64,000 nucleotides of DNA, taken from the NCBI GenBank assembly GCA_904063045.1, contig CAJFCJ010000004.1:55578-119577 (forward strand), in the 5' to 3' direction. The notes beneath the pieces were generated by a model. That model saw only the letters and a list, made by a program, of their open reading frames with translations, ran no database searches and had not been told where the DNA came from. Each line of letters opens with the position of its first letter. Within the stretch, counting starts at the first letter, position 1. A program made the position numbers and the translations under genes. The stretch comes from Dimorphilus gyrociliatus. Taxonomy: Eukaryota > Animalia > Annelida. Positions 25,706-37,168 of this stretch are shown here, piece after piece.

Positions 25706-28014
25706 TTACTGTTTAGCATATGGAATCCGTCGGAAAACAGATATAGATACTGTAGATAGTATATTTCAATAAAGAAAAAAAATTCCAAGCTAACTGAATT
25801 TCTGCTTACTTAAGCTGTCCTTATTTAAGTTCTTGCAAAAACATGAATAAAGATTACAAGATTCTATACGATTAAGCTATTATGACAATTTGCAAGATAT
25901 GTCATCAATAAACTATGTAGGCCAGTCCTTAATCCGTAAACTATTACCGTATGAATTTCTCTTTCTCTTTTCTTTTTTATTATTAATCTGGCAAATTCTT
26001 GGAAAATTTTAGTATAATATTTTCTTTTTTTTGATCCTCTACAGGAATTGGATGTGCAACAACAGTGATAGCTTTTCTTATGAACAGTTATTACATAATT
26101 ATAATCGCATGGGCAGTACACTACTGCTTTAGTTCATTTACATCCGAATTACCATGGTCGCATTGTAATAACTCTTGGAATACCCCTAATTGTTCGACTT
26201 TTGAAAGCGGTGCGAACTATACAAATGACTCGAACAGAGTAGACTCTGTTGTTCAATTCTGGGAGAAAAAAATTCTCAATATATCGGACGGAATAGATAA
26301 CCCGGGAGGTATTGTTTGGCAGAACGCCGTTTGCCTTCTTTTTGTTTGGATAGTTTGCTATTTCTGCGTATGGAAAGGTGTTAAATGGACTGGAAAAGTT
26401 GTGTATTTCACCGCTCTATTCCCTTATTTAGTTTTAACAATCCTGTTAATAAGAGGCGTAACTCTAGATGGAGCTATCGATGGTATTACATTCTATTTAA
26501 AACCAGATTTTAAGAAACTTGGAGATTCTCAGGTTTGGATCGATGCTGGAACACAAATTTTTTTCTCTTACGCGATTGCTCTTGGAGCAATGACAGCTCT
26601 GGGTTCTTACAACAAATTCCACAATAACTGCTACAAGGACTGCATAATTGTATCCTTGGCAAATTCATCAACAAGCTTGTATGCTGGTTTCGCTATTTTT
26701 TCAGTACTAGGTTTCATGGCTAAACAGCAAGGTATACCCGTCGACGAAGTAGCGGAAAAGGGACCTGGCTTAGTTTTCATAGTCTATCCAAAGGCTGTTA
26801 CCCAAATGCCTGTGCCAACTCTTTGGGCTATTCTCTTCTTTGTTATGATTTTTCTGCTGGGCTTGGACAGCCAATTTGTCGGTATGGAATCTTTCATAAC
26901 AGTTATTGTCGATTTATTCCCGGTTTTAAGGAAGAAGTGGTACAAAGAAACATTCGTTGCCGGCTATGTCGTATTATCATTCCTCATTGGTCTTAGTATG
27001 GTGACTCAAGGAGGAATGTACGTTTTCCAATTATTCGACTACTACAGCGCTTCCGGAATGACATTACTATGGGTTTGTTTCTTCGAAGCCATAGCTATCG
27101 GCTGGGTTTACGGTGGTAAAAAATATTACGATAACTTAGAATTAATGCTCGGGTTCAGAATTGACCCCTGGTTCCGTATCTGTTGGTCAGTAATGACTCC
27201 GGTGGTTACTTTCGCAATATTCATTTCTGTGTGGGTAACATTCGAACCCTTAACTTACAATCGAACCTATGAGTATCCAGGCTGGGCTCAAGCCATCGGC
27301 ATGTGTATGGGTTTCATATCTATGATATGTATACCCTTATACGTACCTATTGCTCTCTTTAACGCTAAAGGAAAAACTCTTAAACAGGTAAGCATTTCCT
27401 CATCCTTTGTTAAACTACTCATTTTTCCATCAAAAACCATTAACATCCAGAAAGCCTTCTGCAATAGAATTAAATATTCATCTGCTCCATTTAGTCTAAG
27501 CTAATTTTTTAAACATCTTTTATTAATAAATATACGATAGAATTTAGGCAAACTAGGATGACTGACGTACATGGTATCATTTCCTTTTCAATTACATTTT
27601 AAGACTTACAAAAAAACTTGTAATTTCCGTCCCTCTCTCTCTTCTCTCTCTTTCTCTTTTTATATAATAGCTTAAGATCATAGTACTACTCTTGCTCTTA
27701 TCAATCATAACGGGAATAATACATATTCCCTTCTCAAATTGACAATAGTTTTTAACGGCATAACTGATAATCATTCTCTCTTTTCTTTTAATTCTAATCT
27801 ATAAAATTTATTCTTATAATAAATATATGATTATTCTCTCTAAATCTTTGCATTTATTCGTCTTTAGCGTATAAGGGACGCTACAACTGCAAAATTACAA
27901 GATTTTCAATTGAGTAAAGGCTCGGATGATTACGGAAAATTTAAAACCTCAAAGCATATGCTTGAACCTTCCTTAGACTCTCTTCTACCTCTAAAGAAGG
28001 ACATCGAAAGCTAA
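23353..28014 (+). CDS. SLC6 Na+/Cl- dependent transporter, GABA/taurine/creatine clade (exons 23353-23602, 24546-24677, 26045-27387, 27868-28014; ~623 aa)
   Basis: [37 protein letters not shown]; [18 protein letters not shown]; [10 protein letters not shown]; [11 protein letters not shown]; [15 protein letters not shown]. All splice phases are consistent. Confidence 0.95.
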
Positions 28015-28286
28015 ATAAGTTTCTAACATTGATGGAAGATCCTGTATATTTTATTCTAGTAGGTTTTCAAGTCGTTAAAGACTCAAAAATATTGTGTAAA
28101 TAAACAACTATAAAAAGATTAGCTTAATAAATTATTACTAATATTTTATTGTTATTTATCATTTATTTTTATTTATTTATTTATTATTTCAATATTTTTC
28201 TCTCTAAAAAAAAAAAGAAAATCAAATTAAATCAAATAAAAACAAACAAAAGAAAAGAAGCTTAACAGCAATATTATACTTTTCAG

Positions 28287-28397
28287 AAATTTCTCTACAT
28301 ATTATTACCTACCTTCCCACCGGAAGTTGAAAAAGCCAAACTCGAAAGAGAAGAGGCACAATTCGATAAATTAAAAAGCAACATTTGTCGCTTATAA
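28287..28397 (+). CDS. Candidate alternative last coding exon of the SLC6 transporter (KFLYILLPTFPPEVEKAKLEREEAQFDKLKSNICRL*)
   Basis: ttttcag acceptor at 28286; phase 0 like the donor at 27388; 36 protein-like codons. Confidence 0.55.
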   Translation, partial: KFLYILLPTFPPEVEKAKLEREEAQFDKLKSNICRL

Positions 28398-29091
28398 TTA
28401 ATTTATAATCTATTCAACTTCCAATTTTATATATTTCTTTTGCTTTAGTTTTTGTTAGTATATGTCTTGCTCTATTTTTAATTAGCTAAACTTACAAAAG
28501 CGTATATCATCTATAAATCTTCTTACATCGTATTATCTCAAGTCTATTATATACGTTTAAAACTGTTTATGCTAAAGAGAAAGGAAAAGCTGATATACAT
28601 ATTATGTATGTATATATATATATATCTTAGTATTCTCTATTTCTTATATTCATCTTAATCCTATTAAAATAGGAGAGTTTCTCTTTTTCTTTCTATCTTT
28701 CTTTCTTTCCTTTTTCTTTCTATCTATATCTCGTTATATATACAGTCTATACTGTTATACTCTATGTTTTTCTGCAACAATTATGAAATATAATAGATAT
28801 ATTGTCTTTTCATTGAATAATAAATCCAATGCTTAAATTACTATAATATATATTAAATTTTGATCATAGAATTAATACATCTTGTAATATATATTACAAG
28901 ATATGTATATAGTTCTATACTATATATATATAAACAATATATATTCGCTAATTATATTATAGAAAAAAAGACAACCTATATGGATATTGTCAGTACAGTT
29001 TTAGGCGCCACCAATGATTGTTAATTATTTTAGATAACGTAAAATAATTTCTTACTCATAGGCCTACAAATTGCATTCATACCGATTAAGT

Positions 29092-31264
29092 ATGCTGTTG
29101 GTATTTTCTATCATACAATTCATTTGTATTTGTAGCATTCACGGTAAACCTTTAATATTAAAAAAGAATGATACTTTCTCTTAATTTAGATATGTAAAAA
29201 TATATTGTTTCTATATATAGAGAATACGTAAGTAAATATTTAAAAATGCTTTATGTTTTAGGGTTTGATATAATTTGTCCTGATAATCAATTTATACATA
29301 TTCGCCATTGCGGAGAATCTGAGAATGATAAGCATTCTTGTTCATTAATTGTTGAATATTGTGAAAATAAGAAACAGTGCTCTTTGGATTTCAAAAAATT
29401 ACCAATAGAATATGTATGCTTAAATGGTAAGTTTTTTTTCAATGTTTATATTTGAGTACTGTATATTTATATATGTAAGATAACATCAATCTATCTGTGA
29501 ATCGTATTATATGTATATCTTTGTGAGGATGTATTTGCTATATAAATATTCATATATATTTATATAGAAACATATTTTTTTCTTGTTTTTAGACGAATAC
29601 CTAGTACGTATGTGTTTAAATGAAGATTTACAAGCAAATAAATTTAGTCTAATATATAAGAAAGAAGAAAATATAACTTGCTCTTGTTTCCTTTATCCCA
29701 ATCAATCGAATATTCATATTTATTTAACAAAACTACACTTTGGAAATGTTAATGATCAGATTAATTGTGAATATGCAAATAAAAAGTTAATTATTTTTAA
29801 ACATACACCTTATGGAAGAAAACTTGCACTGCAACTCTGTTCATCGAAAATCATTAGAAAATTTCAAGTTTTTTATAATAGCGATACGATTGTTGAATTA
29901 CGATTTTTTAAACAATCCGACCTATCCCTATTCGTCGAAAGTAAAGAAACGTTGAATGTTTCTTGTAAACCTGAAGAGAAGATAAAGCTATTTCCGATAA
30001 GCGTAACTTATCCTGTAACGGAAATGAATAGTGAAAGTGGAGGAAGGCAAGACAAAGCATCAGACACCGTAAAGAGTAGTAAGTTATATATTGAAAAGAA
30101 AAAAGATATTTTGACCTTTTTCTCTATAATACTAAGTATTATTATTATTATAATATTAATAGGTAAATACTACAACTTGTTAACTGGTCTTATCATTGTA
30201 TGCGTTGTCTTCTTTCTAGTAATGATTCTAGTCCTATTCTATTGGAAAGTTACAAAACTTGTTCAGAGGTAAGTACTGTAAATAAAAAACTTTTACGCTA
30301 AGAGTGATATTTAATTACTTTGATATTAACTGGTAAATTGTAATTTTTATCAATTATCCATACAATTAAGCTTGTGCACGGGTAGAACGATTATACAGTA
30401 ATTTTATCATTATGTTACCCTGTTTACTATCTATTTCCAACTTTTTACCGGAAAGATACAAGTACAATCTTTCACATTGAGAAATTTTACTTATGTCAGA
30501 TTCGGTTACGTTATTTAAAAATAAATCAATTGTAATGGTAAAAACAAGAAAGGAAGGAATGACTCACGCTTTTTTTCAGGATGCTACTAAGACAATCATC
30601 TAGGTTAGAAACGGATTCTGTAGCTGCAGCCCAATTTTTAAATTACGCCTGTAATTATCAGAACGCTATGCCTACTAATGAAAAGATTTTAGATAATCGC
30701 CAAAGTTTTAGGCCACTTGAATCAATTATTCCTAAAGATATGACTTGCACTAGTTGCAGATCACAATATCCTTATGAAATACCTAATGAATTCAATTTTC
30801 GACATTCCCTACCTCATATTCGAGGACATTCCGAAAGTAATCTTGCTAGTTTATCAAACCAAGGAATATTAAAGAAGCCGTCAGAGGACATTGAACTGCC
30901 GTTTAATGAAGAGAGAATAAGAGAAAATCAATTTGAAAACGAAGGAGATTACGCAGTACCTAAAGAAGGTTTTAGGTATTCGAGTTCTGAAGCTGAGGAT
31001 GACAATGCTGCTCCTAAACAAGCTAGATTTGATCCCTCAGTTGAAGTCAATTTTGTTCGAAGTTCAAGCATTTCTTATCCTGCTAGACCAAAAATGGGTT
31101 TAAATGGTTTCGGAAAGTTTTCAACAGTTGGCCGTAAAAAGGGAAGGAAGCATTTTGAATTTGTTAAATTAAAACGAAGAGTAGCTGATACATCGATAGA
31201 AATTAATGATGTTTGCGATAAAGTAGCTGAAAATGAATCGTATAACCCGTCTATTACTAATTAA
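29092..31264 (+). CDS. Type I membrane protein: signal peptide, short SUEL/Gal-lectin-like Cys module, CUB-like domain, one TM, long cytoplasmic tail (exons 29092-29143, 29262-29426, 29593-30078, 30163-30268, 30580-31264; ~497 aa)
   Basis: Phase-consistent splicing. MLLVFSIIQFICICSIHG signal; ICPDNQFIHI..C..IVEYCENKKQCSL..IEYVC; CSC..IHIYLTKLHF..C..LC..IVELRF; TM LIIVCVVFFLVMILVLFYW; tail with DYAVP. Domain names come from pattern recall, not a search. Confidence 0.7.
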
Positions 31265-31509
31265 GTTTGCTTTATTATCTAAATAACACTTATTTTACTC
31301 ATCATCAATAATAAACCATACTAACAAATTCTGAAGTTAGCAACACGAAAAGAGAAGCTTTTTATTCTAAAAATTTGTGCTAATAGTGCTTTTCCCTATT
31401 TCTGTCTGCATTTTTCTCTCATTTTCCTTGTCTCTTTTGTATACTTGTAAATACTTTTACCTCAAATTGCTTACGTTTTCTTGTATTTTTGTGCATAGAT
31501 TGTACGAAA

Positions 31510-31557
<48 letters not shown>

Positions 31558-31646
31558 TGTATATATATATAAAACATAGTATTTCAAACAAACAAACAAA
31601 CATATTGTTAAATAGGAAAAATAAACCTTTCGCTTCTGTTCTCTCT

Positions 31647-34600
31647 TCATCTTTTTCCATGTAACCAATAAGTTTTCATTTCACCTTTGCCCTATAAAAG
31701 TTTCAACTATCATTTCTCCTTTTATTTATCCAGTAATACATCAATTAATTAAAAAAAATTCTTTTCTTATTTACCTTAATTTCCAATGTTCCACGAAATT
31801 CACAGTCAAAATTTCCAAATTCTTCAAGAATTTCATAAGTACTTAGACTAATATGAATTCTATAAGCTACGAAATCGAAAATACAAGTATATAAATAGAC
31901 CTTGTTAAAAACTAAATGTTATTCTCTTTTCCCAATTCTCAAGAATATTATAAACAAGAGAAAACTAAAAATATCTATTTCCTTACCTTGACCATTGCTC
32001 TCCATCCGACTAGCTGTATTCACAGTATCGCCAAACAAACAATATCTAGGCATCTTTAGACCAACGACTCCGGCGCAAACAGGGCCACTATGTAGGCCCA
32101 CTCGGATTTTCAAAGGTTCTCCTGGCATATGGGGAATAACGAAACTCTTTGCTGCATTAACTAGCTGGATAGACATCAAAGCTATTTGACTTGCGTGCTC
32201 TTTACCGTTCCTCACAGGAACTCCAGAAACAACCATATCTATATAAAATATAAAGCATATTTCTTTTACAGACTTTGCTAATTAATAACTATTAATATGT
32301 CAAATGTAAATAACTTACAAGCATCTCCAATTGTCTCAACTTTATATACGTCAAAATTATCAATTATGGAATCAAAACAAGTATAAAGCTTATTTAATAA
32401 GCCAACAACCTGCATCGGCGTCGAATTACCAGACAGATTAGTAAAGCCAACAATATCACTATTTTAAAAAATAAATTATTCATCTTTATCGTCTGTTCAT
32501 TCAATAAAATATATTTAATATGTTCACCTAAAGTAGATGGTACAGGCTGAATACTGTTCCGCACCTATGATTCTACCGTGCCTTAGTTCATCAGCTACAG
32601 CCCTTGGTAGCATACTGTAAAGAAGTCTATCCGTCTTCAATTTCTCTTGTTCTAAATCGGATGTACGATCCGCTACAAGACTTTCCAAGTGTTTAGAATA
32701 TTTTTCCATCTGGAAATTAATGATAAAATTAACAAATACAATAAGTCATGGTAGACTGTAGATTCACCATTAACATCATCATATCAACAGGACTCCTTCG
32801 ATCAGGATTCATCTTCTTTAGTTTCTTCTTAATTATGTCAAAAGTTGGTCGTTCGGACACGGTATTGCTATAACATTCTTGAATGAGCTGCAGGATAAAT
32901 AGGAATGAGCTTGATATATGATAATAATCATTAAATATTACTTTATTGTATTCAACTGGAGAAGGGCATTTTACATCTTCGTCGTATACTTTATTCGATA
33001 GATCAGGCAGGGAGGGCTTCCATCCTATTTTAACTGTTGCAAAGTCTTCTTCCTAATAGTATAATTATCTTATAAGTTAAAAAACAAGAAACGTGAAATA
33101 TAAAACATTTAATACAGAAAAAAGACTTTCATGAAGGGTATGCTTACCCCATATGGATCCTGCCTTGTAGCTATTTCAATAAGTATTATACCAAACGCGT
33201 ATACATCGGCTTCAAAGGATTTGCGAGTGCCGTTTGTACAAACTTCAGGAGCAATGTAAACTACATCTTTTAATCTCTTTTCGTTTTCTTTCTCGGATTC
33301 TTCACTTCTATAAGTTTCTAATCCATAGTCTGTTAGAGGCAGAATTAAGGGATTGATAGCCGCCAATTAGACTCGGTACTTAACGCCCCTTACCTGATAC
33401 TCTTACTGACCATCTATCATCGATCACGCAATTAGATGACTTTAGTCTTCCATGAATAACATTTTTAGAATGTAGATAGCTCATAGCTCCTGCTATATCT
33501 AACGAGAAGGAAAATCTAAAAGACCAATTGAGGGGTGTACTTTCAGATTGGAGCAAATCGCTAAGAGCCCCTTTGGGGCAATACTCTGTTATGAGTGCAA
33601 TGTTTGGAAGATTTATACAGCCTCCAACAAACTTTACCAAATTGGGATGGTCAAGTTGGCGAACGTTTTTAACCTCCTGTCTTATTAACTTGCTTAAAAC
33701 GAAGTCGGATTTAATTAGATTTTTAACTGCGACCATCTTTCCTTCACTGTTAAAAGGAATCATATATATTAACATTTTAGCGGTACTTACTTACTTAGTT
33801 AGTTATACTTACTATATTCCAACTGGTGTAAATAATTGACTATCAATATTCCCTACTCCTCCGCTGTTGCCAGATTTTAAACTTACGCAACTTGGAACAA
33901 AATGCTTGGTTGCAGCTTCTATTTAATAAACAACAACAATTATGGTTATTGCAAAAAGAGTAGGAGTACGTAAATTTCTTATTCATACCTGATACTATAA
34001 TATCATAATCTAATATCCAACTTTCATCCCATAATAATTTTCTTTCCTTGTACTTGGAATACTGTTAAATAGTGTTTATTTATAAAGAATACTTTATCCT
34101 AAAATAGGTGAATGACAATAATTAATACTTACTCCGATCACTGTTAGAAAAGCGCTTACAATTATGCCAGCTGCGACGGCTATTAGAGCTATTTGATATC
34201 CTTTTAGCGGGCATCTCCCACAGTCTTTCGGACATGTGCTGCAAGTTTCCTCTTCTTCACATTTATCATCTCCACAAATTGTTTTGGGGAGTACTTCAAT
34301 GGATTTTTCTAGAGCTATATGAAGCTCTCCAACTTTAAAATGAGCTATTAGTGATGTTTCGCCAACAGTATATAATCCCAATATTTGCGATGTCCATTCT
34401 CTGATGGAAGAAGATCCTATCATAACTTTTGAATGGGTAAATATACTGCCAGATGATGGAATCCATGGTCCACACAATCCATTTTTAACTAACTCAACTT
34501 CAGCCAAGGGACATGAGTGAACATTGACATGATGGATACAACAATTCTCTTGGTTTGCTGCCTTCGAGTCATCTGGACAGGCGGTATTCTCACACCATTT

Positions 34601-36175
34601 TTGAGCAATAACAGGATCTCTAAACAAAAAATAAAAAACTAGATCATCAACATAGGAAGAATAAACTCCTACGTGATCCCTCCGTTGCTCGAAGCGAAGA
34701 AATTTAATTTAAAGCTTCCAGCGGAAGAAACTGCCCAAGTCCAAAACTCTGAATCGAAAGTCAAATCATAAGTGACATTGAAAGCTTTTCCCGCCTTTAT
34801 TTCAGCCGGAGGTGGTAAAATCCATTTAATGTTGATACCTATCAATATTGAAATTGTAAAGTATATAAATTAAACAAATTAATACTTTATATAGCCTCAA
34901 GGGTAAATATTAAATATAGAGTATATAGTACATCTGAAAAGGGATAGAATACAACCTTGGTAAAAGTTTCATATATAAACAATATCTTTTATACATTATA
35001 TAGTTTGCGGAAGTTGTAAAAACAGAAAGAAATTCTATAAATATAATATATTACATGTATATATAGATGATAGAAAATAAGTCCAAATGGACATAGATTC
35101 GATATGACCAAAGATTTGCACTATGATCAATATTGATTGGAGAAATTTTATATAATCGAAAATATCAAGTCTATAAAATCAGTTTAGTAGTCCAATTAAA
35201 TATATATACACATCAGCGAACAATAAATGTATTTATGAATATTATCAATTAATATTCGTATATAGATTGATTATTTTCCCTATTGTATTTTACTCTACTC
35301 TGGATTTTAGTATCATAATTACAGAAACGACAAGATCTGTAGTAATAGTAAGAACTTGTTAATTAATTCTTTATCATAATTAGAGAATATTTCACGATTG
35401 AGTGAATATCCATTATTGGTGTATAGTTATATTTATTATCATACCTGGACAGGTAGAAAATGGTACTGGATTCTGAGAGCTGGCTGATAAGGGCCAACAA
35501 TGAAAATCTGTGTTACCCAAGTCGTGCCAACAACTAATTTCAATTAGTTGAATTTGAAGGATTAATATCTGTTGAAATAAGTTTTGTTTGTTCATAGTTT
35601 TTAATATAGTAATAACGTAATTGAATAATAGTAATATTATTTTAAAACAATTTGAACTATAAACGAATATGCGGGACACGCAAAACACTGTATAATCATT
35701 ATTGTATGTATATTTTCTAATATACTGTATACTTTACTTACGGTAGGATGAGAAATAGCAGTATATAGAATTTAATAAATTATACGAAAGTATAATAAAT
35801 GTAACGTAAAGGTTTAATAAAACAATAGCAACAATATATCCATTAAAGACTGCACGCTAAAGTGAACGAGAACACTAAAATTTTGGGCTAATGAGCTATA
35901 CATTAGATAGGAATTGAGAGATAAATTATTACCTCCTACTTAATTACCAACAAAAAGATATATTTTGTTTAAAATATAAAGAGGTCAGAATAAAATAGAA
36001 ACAAAACTTTTTTTGAAAGATGTTCAATTTTTTATGTTTCTGCTTACTATATTTAAATGATTTTTAGTTATAAATACGAAATAATAGTAATTTTTAAACT
36101 GTTCAATAATTTAATAAATTTGATAAACATATTCAATAAACTCACCGAAAGTAGATAATATAATTTCGAGTTCAT
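31647..36175 (-). CDS. Single-pass receptor guanylyl cyclase (signal, ~220-aa Cys-rich ectodomain, TM, kinase-homology domain, coiled-coil, GC catalytic domain)
   Basis: KHD: [36 protein letters not shown]. Hinge: [20 protein letters not shown]. Catalytic: [52 protein letters not shown]; the E and C guanine-specificity residues are present. First exon 36175-36146 ([10 protein letters not shown]|gtgagt) joins [13 protein letters not shown]. Confidence 0.92.
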
Positions 36176-37168
36176 GTTTCAACTTTTCTCTCCATCCAAA
36201 TGATACAAAACGCCATACGCGTCTAATGCTCGAAAGTTGCCAACCAATCAACAATGCGTAAGGCTTTTGACGTAATTATTCATGTTGTAAAGGTGTTAAA
36301 AACATACGAATTATGGAAAATATACACTTGTAACATTAACTTTTACAATTTGCAACACATTTTCCCCGATACGCAAAGTTATGAAATCGAAAATAACGAT
36401 AGAGTAACTGCTTCAAATTTAAAATTAATGAAATATTACTAGTTCCAATAATGATAGGGAAAAAAATAAATAGGAAAGAATCTGCTATACAATAACTTGG
36501 CGAATAAATTCTGTTAACAATACAGCTTATTAGACTACGAATCACTTGGAATTTATAATATATCGAGGTTTCAAATATAGACTATCCAAGTCTGCTTAAC
36601 CAGAAGTACTATACGGAAAATTTTTGATCTTTTGTTGAGCATTATAGAAAAGATGTTTGAAATCTAAGGAATAAATCTCTGTATGTGATTTAGATGTTGG
36701 TATTAGTTAGGTTTCTTATGGAGGTAACTCTTTTCTTCTTTTTGGATGCAAAGCATGAAACCAAATTAAGGAAAAGTTTTTCTTTTAAAACATACTTTCA
36801 TTATAGACTTCTAGCTATCCTTATCAATTTTACACGTCGTTTTTCCTTTCCAACATTACATTGCTTCCAAAGAACAACTGTTAAATTAATGATTATGTAA
36901 AAATTAGTATTGGGATTTGTTCATCCATACAATGTATACTTTATACAATATATAAATTTATATATACATATATACAGTATATATATATATATATAGTGCA
37001 TGTACGCTTTTCTGGTTACATTTACAGTATTCATAGCAACTGAATTACTGAATAGACTTTCGTTAATATTCAAAGAACTACTCATATATTTATTGAAAAA
37101 GTATTAGATAAAGAGCACTTAAATTATAATTTATTTACTCCAAGTACAGAAACGGATATTAATGATAT

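Noticed and set aside
29190-29233. Strong gtaagt at 29228 suggesting a micro-exon in the CUB-like gene
   Set aside because: Available acceptors give 5, 7 or 38 nt exons that break the frame or hit a stop.
31377-31668. ORFs containing IYIYIY between the CUB-like gene and the guanylyl cyclase
   Set aside because: (TA)n artefacts overlapping the two convergent 3' UTRs.
35413-35688. ORF-track start (MFCVSR... or MNKQNL...) as the N-terminus of the guanylyl cyclase
   Set aside because: A 30-nt exon at 36175-36146 with a strong gtgagt donor gives a better signal peptide in the correct phase; the upstream part of this ORF is probably intron.
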